Source: Eledone cirrhosa (lineage: Eukaryota). From it: a stretch of 64,000 bases of DNA. The notes beneath the pieces were generated by a model. The model was not told the DNA's origin, searched no databases, and worked only from the letters and a program-made list of their open reading frames with translations. Positions 25,439 through 38,865 of the stretch are shown one piece after another. Position 1 is the first letter of the stretch. Every line of letters starts with the position of its first letter. The position numbers and the translations under genes are program-made. The stretch is taken from NCBI GenBank assembly GCA_964016885.1, contig OZ024746.1:70556001-70620000 (forward strand), given 5' to 3'.

Positions 25439-25490
25439 ATATTCAACTATATTACTGAACACTTCTTTTGATTCTCCTTAACTTGCCCAC

Positions 25491-25548
25491 TTTTCGCATT
25501 GATCTTGATGATTATAGTGGAGGTGTCCTACAGTACCTTGATGCAGAG
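25491..25548 (+). CDS. C17orf75: C17orf75 homolog exon 5 (HFRIDLDDYSGGVLQYLDAE)
   Basis: Resembles human LFRLELDKY; GAG|GTAATA donor, phase 0. Confidence 0.9.
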
Positions 25549-25840
25549 GTAATATAGTCAATCATATTTTATGATATTTGAAACAACTATCATAATTATA
25601 TATGATTTAAATATGTTTGTTTGTTTTGAGTGTTGTTTGTTTTGTTTTGTTTTTTTGCATCGTGTGTCTTAAACAGTTTCTTATTAGTGCGACTGATATA
25701 GTTTTGTTATCAGAATGTATTTATCTGTTTTTGTTTGCATTGCTAACTGAAAGAAATGGCTTTTTTAGAGTGAGTAGAAAATAATCTGCTTGTCTAACTT
25801 AGTGTAAAGTTTCATCTATCTTTTTTTTTATCTATAAACA

Positions 25841-25843
<3 letters not shown>

Positions 25844-25908
<65 letters not shown>

Positions 25909-25950
25909 GTATGTATGTATGTATGTATGTATGTGTGTGTGTGTGTGTGT
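25844..25950. repeat. (TC)n-(TGTA)n-(TG)n compound microsatellite
   Basis: Seen directly. Confidence 0.95.
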
Positions 25951-26841
25951 ATAGGGCAGGGTGTGAATATGTGTGTGTGTATAAACATTTCACTGCATTG
26001 TTGTTATTCAGGTTTAGTTTAAGTTAAATTTGTTTTGAAAGCTTAATTTTATGTCGCATGGTGTATGTATATATATATATATATATACTAATATTGATAG
26101 ATGAATCACTAGTTATTCTGTACATTCCCATGGTAAAAGCATATTATTGCCTTTGTACCTGTTGTTAGTTGGTAACATATTTTATACATAATTGCAGATC
26201 ATCATCATTATCAATATTATCATTATTTTTAGTGTGAAGTTAACTTAGCTCTTTTGATACCAACACACTTAAAACTGTACAAACCCATCTATTTTAAATC
26301 ATTCCTATATAAATTAAAATCCTCCAACATAATTATATATAAGAATCTTTCCTTAACTTATGTTATAAATACTATCTTGATAATATAATAATTAATAATT
26401 TTAGCAAATCCCTCAAAGTTTTCCATTAATTAATTAATTCAAATACAGTGTAAGTCATTAAAAATATGATAATGGCAAGCAGGCTTAGGGACAAAATAAT
26501 GAACCATCTGGGTACAATGCTGCTTTCAAATTGTGTCCTTATGTAATTGATTCATTAGTAAAAACATAGTTATATGACTCTCTTTTATAGAGAATTAAGT
26601 CATTAACTTTAGTGACATAGCACAATGCTAATTTTATAAAATTATGCCCCATCCCCAGCAGGCTGGCCTCTCATGGGAAATAATTGGCCTAAAAAAGATC
26701 ATGAACATTCTCAATATCAATTGAAATATGTTCATGACATTTTGTATCCTGCTGTAAGTTGTAATAACAATTAGAAATGGACTTCTTTATGTAGAACTCC
26801 TTGTTTTGCCTTAGCATGCCACAACAACAATAATGATAATA

Positions 26842-27795
26842 AAGAATGCCACAGTACTAAAGTACGCAGACGACATCAAGCTGTACCTTGAGATAAAAAG
26901 GACAGATCCTGAACACTATAGATCTTGCTTGCAGTCTGACCTGGACACAATGCAACAATGGATCTCAGACTGGCAACTCAAGCTAGCTGTGGACAAGTGC
27001 ACCACCATGCATTTTGGGAGTAAAAACCCAGTGTCCACATACTCCCTCCACAGCACTAATATCAAGAAGTCTTCTTGTGAACGTGACTTGGGTATTACGG
27101 TCAGCAGCGACTTGCGTTGGACGAAGCACGTCTCTAAAATTGTCGAGAGGGCCGAGGGTGTCTTAGCATCACTCAGCAAGACCTTTGTCAACCACTCTCC
27201 AGATATCGATTTAAGGCTGTACATGGCTATGGTGCGACCACACTTAGAATTTGCATCACCAGTCTGGAACTCCTATCTTGCTCAGAACATTGACCGCCTG
27301 GAAACTGTTCAGAGACGTGCAACCAAGCGAATACCCTCCATCAGGCATCTACCATACTCTGAGCGCCTTGCTTCCCTGGGCATGGATACATTGAAGCTCC
27401 GACGCCTGGCAACTGACTTGGTAAACACCCACAAAATTGTTAACCATGTTGCCAACAACAACCCTGAGTGCCTTTTTGATTTCCATGTGTCTAACACACG
27501 TGGACATGCCCACAAAGTAAGAAAACAGCACAGTTCCCATGACTTTCGGAAACATTTTTTCACGCTCAGAGTTGCTGAAGCATGGAACAAACTACCTGCA
27601 TGAGTTGTTAGCTGTCGAGACACTGCATCCTTTAAGGCCTCCATGATTCCCGAGATCCACCAACACTACAGCTAACACATACACACATGTACTTCCCTGA
27701 CATTTGTGTATTATTCTATGTACTATACATAACCTTTGACGAGTTGTAGTGCACCTGAGCACTTTACACAATAATTTCATTATTATTATTATTAT
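26842..27795 (+). mobile_element. 5'-truncated CR1/L2-type LINE
   Basis: KYADDIKLY, DLGITVSSDLRW, VRPHLEFASPVWN, LETVQRRATK, FFTLRVAEAWNKLP; (ATT)n tail. Confidence 0.9.
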
Positions 27796-28082
27796 TTATA
27801 ATACTAATAATAAATGGCTACCAACATTCAGCATGACCATGTCTTTGTTTCTCATGCATAAAAGGAAATAATCATATTTTGTTCTTTATTCTTTTACTGG
27901 CTTCAGTCATTGGACTGAGAAACATGGTAGGACACCACTTTCAGAAGCTTTTGATCAATCATATCAATCTCAGTATCTCAGTACTTATTTTATTGATCGC
28001 TATCTGTTGCCTGGCTAAATTGTCTATTGATGTAAAGGAACTCAACTCACTCACAAATACGTCTGAATATATGTATATATAT

Positions 28083-28127
<45 letters not shown>

Positions 28128-28132
28128 TATAT

Positions 28133-28177
<45 letters not shown>

Positions 28178-28216
28178 TATATATACATGTATATATATAT
28201 ACACACACACATATAT

Positions 28217-28271
<55 letters not shown>

Positions 28272-28719
28272 CACATATATATATACATGTATATATATAC
28301 ACACACATATATATACATGTGTATATATGCACATACACACATGTGTATATGTGGAATTCTAGATCATTATTAGACAACTAAGATTCTATTCTGCAAATGA
28401 TACATTGATTTGAATCAGATTAGTGACCAAGATATTGAATCCAGCTTGTTAATCAATATACATGGTGTTTCCCAAAAATGTATACACACTTTGTTTATAC
28501 ATTGAAGTATGTATACAATTTTTGGGTACACTAATGTGAAAGGGTGATGGCTTAACTGTAGTAATCAGATGCATCCACCAATCTGATTAACCTATCTCAG
28601 TTCAGAAGAATGCCTGTCTGTGCTAAGGTCCTGGTGGGATTTGATCCCGGAAGTACAACTCAAATAAACATCCAATGACTATACTATGTTTCTTCTATTT
28701 GTAGTAGTAGTTGTAGTTC

Positions 28720-29190
28720 ACACTGTTCTGACAGCACTGGCTGGGACACATCTACTGCTTGAAGGATGGCCACATCCCAAAAGACATCTTCTATGGGGAG
28801 CTGGCCTCTGGAAAGAGAGCCACCCGTCGACCTTGGCTGCTATACAAAGACATGGTGAAGAGAGATCTGAAGGCCATTGACATTAACAGAGAATCCTGGG
28901 AGGGCCTCACAGCTGACTGGCTAAGATGGAGGAACCATGAATCAATGCCTCAAATCAGGGGAGGAAAGGTTGATGACTGCTGCAGTGGACAGGAGAGCCC
29001 AGCGAAAAGAGTGCAATAAATCCAACAGACCAGAGACCATATACAGATGTGCTCTATGTGACAGACTTTCACTCACATATAGGTCTGTTTAGCCACCGGG
29101 GATGCTGCTCCAGCCGAGCTGACAACAGGATACTACCCCTGGTCAGCATTGACCAAAGGAGGCCTTAGAAGTAGTAATAGTAATAGTAAG
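28720..29190 (+). mobile_element. Degenerate RTE/BovB-like LINE 3' fragment
   Basis: DGHIPKDIFYGELASGKRATRRPWLLYKDMVKRDLK..SWEGLTAD. Confidence 0.8.
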
Positions 29191-30121
29191 GAGTTGTACC
29201 TTCCTATTGCATTTATTTACATCTATGTTCATTGAGTCAACAATAGTTAAGGGCATTGTTTATTGTCAACCCATGCAACATTAACATCTCGGCCACCAGT
29301 AATTCCTTTAATGAGAAGACACAAGAAATGCAAAGACAAATTATGTTTAGAAAGCAAGTTAACCTGTTTGATACTAAACCACTTGAAACAAACCCTGTTC
29401 TACAATACAAAGCTGTTCATTATAAACTGTTTACATTTATCTAAAAACCTTCCATCATAATTTCATCTAAGAACTTTTATTAATTTATGCTCCAAACACT
29501 AGCTTAATAATGAGAAAGTTAGTTATATTACCAAATCCCTCTAAATTTTTTATTATTTGATACTTATAGGCAGTGTCTTTCATTAGAAATATAGTAATGA
29601 AAGGGTTAAAATCTTTATTTTTATCTAAAAACCTTCCATAATTTTATGTAAGAACCTTTGTTAATTTATGCTCCAGCTTAATAATGAGCAAGCGTGTTAC
29701 ATTACTAAATTTCTTCAAATTGTTGATTACTTTTAGAATATGCTAATGAAAGGGTTAACCAATCTGTTGAAAAAGAAAAAAATAATAATAGGCCTGATGA
29801 TTCAGAAATCTTGATAACAGATAATTACTGTTTACATCATATGATTGAAAAACTAGTTAGATATATTAATCTGTTGAACATTTACAATATGCATTTTAGA
29901 TATGGTTGTTTCCATCAAAATTTGGAGAAAGTTTGCATGTATACTGTAGTTTAGAAAAGTCACTAAAACCCCATATATGTATGGAGTATGTATGTTACTT
30001 AAAACTAAAATATAGTTTAACTTTAATAGACTGAAATAATTTGGGGACTTTGTTGGTAATATAATACAAAATATTTAAACTATTTTTAAAATACAAGTTT
30101 TACAACTTTTTATTTATTATT

Positions 30122-30750
30122 TGGCAGTATCGGTAGAGGGTCGGACATGCTTTCCAGCTTAGTTACGTCCCTTTACGATCTGAGTTCAAATCCCGCCGAG
30201 GTTAACTTTGCCTTTCATCCTTACGGGGTCGATAAAATAAAGTACCAGTAATTTACTGGGTAATTGCTGGCCTTGTGCCTAAAGTAGAAACAATTATTAC
30301 CAGTTAATAATAAGGCGGTGGATTGGCAGTATTGGTAGAGATTCGGATGCCATGCTTTGAAGCATAGAGTTACGTCCCTTTATGATCTGAGTTCAAATCC
30401 CGCCAAGGTTAACTTTGCCTTTCATCCTTACAGGGTCGATAAAATAAAGTACCAGTAATGTACTGAGTAATTGCTGGACTTGTGCCAAAAGTAGAAACAA
30501 TTATTACCAGTTAATGCACTGGGGTAATTGCTGGCCTTGTACCAAAGGTAGAAACAATTATTATTAAGGGCAGTGGATTTGCAGTATAGAGTTATGGCCC
30601 TTTACGTTCTGAGTTCAAATCCTGCCGGATTTAGCTTTGCCTTTCATCTTTACGGGGTTGATGAAATAAAGCACCAAGAATTACACAGGTCAATTTAGTC
30701 AACTTTTCCCTCCCTTTCAAATTGCCGGCCTTGTGCCTAAAGTAGAAACA
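30122..30750 (+). repeat. Head-to-tail cluster of three family-A SINEs plus an extra tail
   Basis: Units at ~30122, 30314 and 30570. Confidence 0.85.
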
Positions 30751-31105
30751 AAGATCAACCTTATCTCCTGCTATCAATGAAATAATGTGTGTGATACCAC
30801 TATTGATTCAGCTATCTATAATAATGTTTTCCCCTTTGACAAAACTGGTTTATTACTAAGATTGTTTCATTTAAAATCAAAAAAGAATTGTTGCCATTTC
30901 TTAGTTAATAGCTTTTGTTAAAAATATTTATAATTTGGCATGGCCTGGTTGAAGGCCATTCGGAATGTCTCCTGGAAGGAGTGTCTGACCAAACAGAGTA
31001 CAGCAGTTTTTTTGCAATCACTGAAGACATTAGAGGGAGAGACATACCCTTTGCAAGACATTGCTACAAAGGAATATATTGAAATTCAGCCTTCTGTTTT
31101 CATTG

Positions 31106-31178
<73 letters not shown>

Positions 31179-31539
31179 ATACATTAACAGAGAAAGCCTT
31201 AAGCTATACTCTGACTGGCTACCATCTCACTCAACAAACATTAGGATATACCTTAGTATAATCCCAATTATATGTTTGGGGTGCTAACTATATTATTTTG
31301 TGGAAAGCCAGTTGTATTATTTTATATGAGATACAATTAAAATTAAAATCTCTCTTTCCAAACAATTGTTTCATTATAAGTTTTCTACAAGTTGGGAGAA
31401 TGTATCTGGGTTATGTAGAAGCCAACATATTTTTCTGTAAGAACATATGCAGGTGGGCACTTATAAATCATCAGTGGATGCCCGTCAAACATTGATATAA
31501 GAAAAAATTCCTTACCGATGTCATTTTTCGTGTCAGCTA

Positions 31540-31588
<49 letters not shown>

Positions 31589-33448
31589 TTGATTTAAATC
31601 CTAGTATCAGATTTTCAAGTTAGTGCAATGATTACTAAGCAAAATAGTCTATTTTGATCATTTCAGCTCAATTCAAATTCTTTTTCAACCCTTAAAATCG
31701 TTAGAAGTATCTGAAACTGTGATTACTAATTGTGTTATTATTATCTGATATGTAATGTATATAGATGGGAAGATTTAAAAATTAAGCCATTCTGTTCATG
31801 TATTTTATCATTTCTGAAATTCAGTGTTCCCACACCTGAAAGTCTTACTTTTACAATACATTTAATTCTAAAATTTAAAATATTGTCTTCTGATTTTAAA
31901 CAATGTTAATTCAAGTCTATATTCTTCTAATATATAAATATATATATATATATAGTAAAACTACATATATTGGTCACACAAAATGTTAATATTAGTTTAA
32001 TGTGGTGCATGCAAAATATATATTTATGGGTTTTTTGGGGGAGGTGGGGGGGGGGGGGGGGTCATTGCTTCTTATTTAGTAATTATTCATTATATATATT
32101 TTTTTGATCTGTTTCATTCATGAATTTTATCATTATTGGCTGATTTTCTTTCTATGAACTTCTTAACATTTTCCCACCTGTTTAAATTTGCTTTTTTTTT
32201 TTCATTTCAAATCCTTATTTACTGCTTTGATGTGTTTTTTTTTATTTTTGTATTAATATGTATTAACTATGTTTCAATGTATAGATTACCAAAGTGACAG
32301 ACAAAAACAGCAAGGTATTGAATGATTTTGCTCTTCCTTCACAATCACTGTAGTTCACATGATCGCAGCTGCTGTTTCTTATAGCTGCCCAACACTCACC
32401 CATTCATTTTAGAGAGTTACATTTTAATACAGTAAACTTAATACATATTCTTACATTTTAATACCGTAAATGTAATACTCATTCTTACATTTTAATGCAG
32501 TAAACTTAATACTTCTGTTTGTTTTTAAATCCTAATTTGTAGGAATTCCAAATAACTTTCAACAAATAATACATATATTGAGGCTCTGTGTATAATATAT
32601 TTACAAAGTATCACTTGTAAACATATCAGGGTTTTATTAATTGAAAAAAGAAAAGTCTGTTTTATACAAAAAGAAATATAATAGCATAAGCCTAAGGCTT
32701 GTATTGTACATAAAATATAATTTTGCATATATATATATGAGGCACATGGCTTAGTGGTTAGAGCATTGGCCTTGCAATCGAAAGGTGAGTTCAATTCTCA
32801 GACCGGGTGATGTGTTGTTTCCTTGAGTTGAGCAAGACACTTTATTTCACATTGCTCCAGTTTACTCAGCTGTAGAAATGAGATGATAGGGACTGGGGTC
32901 CTTATCATTCCACTGCAAAGTGGTCGTGGAGGTGCCATGGCAAAAAAGCACCCAGCCCACACTGTAAAGTGGATGTGTAGGCGCCATGGAAAAAAAGCAC
33001 CCCGCACTCACTGTAAATGAGGTTGGTGTTAGGAAGGGTATTCAGCTGTAGAAATCAAGCCAGAATCAGTTCCCATCCCACCCTTGCAAGCAGGGAAAAG
33101 TGGACATAAAATGAAATGATGATGATTATATATATATATATATATATATATAATTGTCAGACTGGGTGATGTGTTGTTTCCTTGAGCAAGACACTTTATT
33201 TCACATTGCTCCAGTTTACTCAGCTGTAGAAATGAGATGATAGGGACTGCGGTCCCTATCTTTCCACTGCAAAGTGGTCGTGGAGGTGCCACAGCAAAAA
33301 AGCACCCAGCACTCACTGTAAATGAGGTTGGTGTTAGGAAGGGCATCCAGCTGTAGAAATCAAGCCAGAATCAGTTCCCATCCCACCCCTGCAAGCAGGG
33401 AAAAAGCGGACGTAAAAATGAAATGATGAAAAATGATGATATATGTAT

Positions 33449-35190
33449 ATCATCATCATCATTTAACATTCATTTTTCCAACTTGCATGGGTTAGATGGG
33501 TTGTCGTGTTATGAGACAAGTCAGGTAAGAAGACCGCATCCTGTTCATATGGTTCTGTATTTTGGCTTGGTTTCTATGGCTGGATGCCCTTCCTAACACC
33601 AACGACATTATAGTGTGAACTGTGTACTTCTTGTCACAACACGACCACCTTGCAGGGTTGACTGGGCACTTTTTATCGTGTCATCAGCACAACAACCTTA
33701 CATGGTGGACAGGGTGCTTTTTGTCATGTCATCAGCATGACCATCTTACAGAGTTGACAGTGCTTTTTGTTTTATGTCACTAGCATGACCACCTTACAGA
33801 GTGGATTGGATGCTTTTTTTCCTTGTGTCACCAGCACGACAACTGAACAGGACAGACTGAGAGGCCTCATCTTATGTCATCAGCACAATCTTCTTATAGA
33901 GTGCATTTGGAGCTGCCTCTTGTCATATGACCACCTTCCAGAATAGATGGGGTTCTTTTGTTGTTGTGGTAATAGATCGCTATACAGTGTGGACAAAGTG
34001 CTTTTTGTCATGGCAGCAGCATTATGGGATGGAGGAAGTGCAGATTTGGAGAATGTCTAGCTTTCCATGCTTGTATGCATGGGTTGAGCATGACAGGAGA
34101 GGGAGTATGGATGATGTAAGTGGGATACTTAGCTAGTAAGGGGGGTGTATTAAGAATGGGGGAGAGGTAAGGAGAAAATTGGTGCAGGCTAGTGTCACAT
34201 GTTGTTTCATCTTGGGCATATTGAAAGGTTGGTCTTCTGCAGTACAGCATAATGCCAGAGATCTCAATCCTATGTCATCTCCTTTGAGAGGTTTAATTGG
34301 GCATGGTCAGCTTTTATGACTTCATCCCAAGCTTTCCTAAGTCTTCCTCTTCCAAAGCTTCCATCAACTTATGGCGCCCTGCACTTTTTTATACAACTCT
34401 CATCCTCCATGTGCATCACATGTCCATACCACTGCAGTCTTCTCTTCTGCACACTGCATCTGATCCCTCTTATGTCCAGTTTCTCTCTCAGTTCATTGAT
34501 GCTTCATCATTCATGCACACTACTATTACACATCCATCAAAGTATACAAATTTCATCTCTTTGCAATCTTCGTAGATCCTCTGCACACAGTGCCCAGGTT
34601 TCACTTCCATGCAGCATTGCTGTTCATACACAGGCATCATAAAATCTACCTTCAATTTTGAGGAAAAAACCCTTCATAGTTAGCAGCAGTAGTAGCTTCC
34701 TGAAATTTTTCCATCCTGTTCTCACTCTGGTTACTGTACTTTCAGAATACCCACCTCCGCCGCTAATTTGGTTACCCAGGTAACAGAAGCTATCAACTAC
34801 TTCTATGGAGCTCTCTGATAAGATCAGATGCCTGATAGACCCCCACTTGCATGCTAAATTCCTCATTATAATCTTTGTTAATTCTAACCTTGCTGACTGA
34901 TCCTCTGTAGATGGCTTGTACTGCTCTCACAAGCCAATCAACTGCCCCTAATCTTCTAAGAGCTCACCAGATTATGGAGTTGGGGCGTGCTGTCAAAGGT
35001 TTCCTCCAGGTCAACTAATGCCAAGTAAAGGGGTTTACTTTTAGCTAGATACACCTTCCAAAGTTGTCTCACAAGAAAGAAGGCTTCGGTGGTACTTTCA
35101 CCCAGTACACATCCGAACTACATCTCATCTAGGTTAATTCAGTCCCTAATCAACTGCGCAGTAACTCTTTCTGTAACTTTCATGACCTTA
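33449..35190 (-). mobile_element. Old, frameshifted RTE LINE with tandemly repeated 3'UTR
   Basis: SIEVVDSFCYLGNQISGGGG..RVRTGWKNFRKLL..GRFYDAC; homologous to 1928-3740. Confidence 0.85.
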
Positions 35191-35879
35191 TATATATATG
35201 CTACAATATATATATGTATATAGATAGATAGACAGACAAACAAACAGATTAAGATACCTTAAAATCATTTATTCTTATTTCAATTAACTTATCTTATCCC
35301 AGGTTAAAGTAACAACAATGCATTCCAGTGTATACGTGTCTGATAAAATAAATAAAACATTATAATTTATCAGTTTTTTTTATAAACAAGATATTCAAAT
35401 AAAATAGGTCATAAATCTAAACATTCTGAGATACTTAATGTCTTGTAGATAGTAACAACATTAGTAAAGTCTATAGACTGGATTCATCAATATTGTTGAA
35501 GAAATACAGAATACTGTATTTTACTGATGTAGAGCTCTTTGGGTCTTAGATTTATTTAACCCTTTTGATAACAAACCACTTGAAACCACTCCTGGTTCTA
35601 GGATACAAAACTGTTTATTTAAAAGTGTTTATATTTATTTTTTAAAAACAAACTTTTTTATCATTTTATGTAAGAACATATGTGTCAAGACAATGCCCAT
35701 ACACCTTCATTGGATGTTAAGAGCCATTTACATTTTAGTAGATTTAATAGAGAATACAAACAGAGTAGACAACACATCTGTATAATGGAGGTTGTAATAT
35801 GATAGTATGTAACTCCTTGTCAATCAATCAGATGACTCTTTCTAGGATCTTGTCTAACATACCTGTATGTGTTGGTATC

Positions 35880-36205
35880 TATAGGCACACCGTCAGTTAC
35901 GACGATGAGTATTCCAGTTGATTCAATCAGTGGAACAGCCTGCTCATGAAATTAACGTGCAAGTGACGTGCAAGCATTCCACAGACACATGTACCCTTAA
36001 CATAGTTCTCAGGGAGATTCAGCATGACACACAATGTGACAAGGCTGGCCATTTGAACTACATGTACAACTCACTTTTGCCAGCTGAGTGGACTGGAGCA
36101 ATGGGAAATAAAGTGTCTTGCTCAAGGAGACAACTTGCCACCAGGAATCAAACTCACAACCTTACAATTGTAAGCTGAATACCCTAACCACAAAGCCATG
36201 CGTCT
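35880..36205 (-). mobile_element. tRNA-derived CORE-like SINE (family C; related copy ~39290-39590)
   Basis: Minus head GCATGGCTTTGTGGTTAGGG, core TCCTTGAGCAAGACACTT, distinct body. Confidence 0.75.
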
Positions 36206-37109
36206 ATATGTGTAGCGGCAGCACTATTCCAGATGTGGTGTTGTGGGTTATATCCAGAGTTAGATTAAGCATTAACCCTTTAGAAATTTAAACTGGGCAT
36301 ATCCAGTCAGAATTCTCTCACCTCTTTCTGTTCAAACTGGTTGTAACTGGCCGTTCATACTTATGTTAAGGTATTGTTCTCAAAATAAATAACATCAAAA
36401 TCTCATAGATTTGATATTATGTGAGATAAAACCTTTACCACAAGAATAAAATAGTAAAATACTAAAAGGTTAAACAAAATAAACACATGATTAGGATATC
36501 AATAGATGTGGGACACCATTTTATTCTAATTATCTGTATTTGCTAGTCTAGAAAAAAAAATGTTGTAGACTTTATGTATGGGAAGTGGTGAGTAGCACCA
36601 TAATCTTTTAAATGTTTAGGATTCCAAAAAGACTTAATCTGGCCATGTTGTCATCTGAGCTTTGTAGAGAACTGTATGATTGCTGCAGTTTATGTTAATT
36701 ATTTAATTTTATACAAATCATGAAAACTAATTTGAAAACTACAGTTATAATTCTTTACTATGAATGGTGAGTGACACAGATCTCCAATATTTGTAGACTA
36801 ATCCAACTCTTCATGTATGCTGCATTCTTTAACATTATTATTATTATTATCTTTTAATTTTTTTTTTTATTTCAATCTTCCCAACAAATTAATTATTACA
36901 ATTCAAAAATTATTACTCATTTCCCTCCCCTCTCTCCCTTCTTTACTTTTCATCCCTCCTCACTTCTGCATAGATTTTTGTTTTTCTTCTTTTGGTAATA
37001 GAAATGGTATTTACCTGTCGAATAAGTCAAGTTCACCAGAAATGTACAATTTGATATAATCAAATTATTAAAACCAAAATCTAAGAGTTTTAACGATAAT
37101 GATTTTATA

Positions 37110-38865
37110 TAATAATGAATGAATGAAAATATTGTGTACAGTGCTCAGGTGCACTACAACTCATCAAAAGTGTATGTATAGTACATAGGGTAATGTACAA
37201 ACTTCAGGAAAATGAACAGTGCATGAGTCATGATATACACATGTGTGCATGTGTATGGAAGAGGGACATCAGGTGTAGTTTTGGCAAATTTTGAGGGTTT
37301 TAAAGGATGCAGTGTCTCGGCAGCTAACAACTGACGCAGGCAGTTTGTTCCATGCTTCAGCAACTCTAAGCATGAACAAATGTTTCCGAAAGTCATGGGA
37401 GCTTTGCCGTTTTCTGACTTTGTAGGCATGTCCACGTGTGTTAGACACATGGAGATCAAAAAGGTGCTCAGGGCTGTTGTTGGCGAGATGGTTAATAACT
37501 TTGTGGGTGTTTACCAAGTCCATTGCCAGCCAGACGTCAGAGCTTCAATGAATCCATGCCCAGGGAAGCAAGGCGTTCAGAGTATGGTAGGCGTCTGATG
37601 GAGGGTATGCGCTTGGTTGCACGTATCTGAACAGTTTCCAGGAGGTCAATGTTCTTAGCAAGATAGGGGTTCCAGACTGATGATGCGAATTCCAAGTGTG
37701 GTTGTACCATAGCTGTATACAGCTTTAAATGGATGGCTGGAGAGAGGCTAACAAAGGTCTTGCTGAGAGATGCCAAGACACCCTCGGCCTTCTTGACAAT
37801 CTTAGAGATGTGCTTTTTCATGCAAATCGCTGCTGACAGTATTACCCAGGTCATGTTCACAAGAGGACTTCTTGATATCAGTGTTGTGGAAGGAGTATGT
37901 GGATGCTGGATTTTTCCTCCCAAAATGCATTGTGGTACACTTGTCCACAGCCAGCTTCAGTTGCCAGTCTGTGATCCATTGCTGCATTGTGTCCAGGTCT
38001 GATTGTAGGAAAGAGTTATAGATTTCAGGATCTGTCCTTTTGATTTCAAGGTACAGCTTGATGTCATCTGCATATTTCAGTACTGTGGCATTCTTTAAAT
38101 TGGCATCTATGTCATTAATGTATGCAACAAACAAAAGGGGACCAAGAACAGATCCCTGTGGTACACCAGATGACATCTCATATAGTGAAGAATGCTGTCC
38201 TAGAACCGTGGCTACCTCTTTTCGGCTGAGAAAGAAGGATTTCAACCAGTTAAAAAGATCATCCTTCACACGCTTGCAGAGAGTTTCGCCATAAGTCTTT
38301 TGTGTGAAAAGCAGGTATGAAACACCATCAAGACCAGGGGAGGCATAGTTGCGCTTATTCTTAAGGTGATGTCGCAGCATTGCAGGTGTAAATTCCATAG
38401 TTGTTATGGAATTTGATGTTAGAGATGGTGGAGATGGTACATTCTGGTTTTCAACAGTAAAAATGCTTGCATAGCACTCAGCAATGAGTTCTGCGCATTC
38501 TTTGGGATCGTCAGTAATCTGGCTTGTGTGGGGATTGTGAAGAGGACCAACTGGAGAGTGAGGTCTCTGTTTGGAATGTACATATTTCCAGAACACCTTA
38601 CTGTCAGAATTGGTTGCTCTGCACTGTTCAAATTCAAGTACTGCCTTCTTTGTCACTTGCTTGAGATGGTTGGAAGATTTATTCCGCTTTTTTCTGTTGG
38701 CATCTGATTTATGCAGTTTATATTCCCGTTCAGCACTCCGACGTTCTTTCCTGGCAAGTCGGACCGCTGAAGTTTCCCAAATTGCATTTTTGGGGTGGTT
38801 TTTTTTCCTGCTTACGTGGCACTGATGCTGCACGCACTATCCATATTGAGTCCAGGATGCTCTGG
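37110..38865 (-). mobile_element. CR1/L2-type LINE, internally deleted and frameshifted
   Basis: KVFWKYVHSK, ASPGLDGVS, SGVPQGSVLGPLLFVAYIND, KYADDIKLY; same family as 26842-27795. Confidence 0.9.

Larger units (their letters stand above)
23623..25490 (+). other. U12-type (minor spliceosome) AT-AC intron, 1868 nt
   Basis: 5' ATATCCTTT; branch site TCCTTAAC at 25475-25482; 3' ..CCCAC; splicing restores SLEHFRIDLDDY. Confidence 0.92.

Noticed and set aside
28459-28538. Short imperfect hairpin (pre-miRNA-like)
   Set aside because: Looks like the TIRs of a tiny Tc1/mariner-type MITE; no miRNA evidence.
36569-36772. Two GTGAGT donors with nearby AGs
   Set aside because: Implied exons (19 and 22 nt) are frame-shifting and lack pyrimidine tracts.
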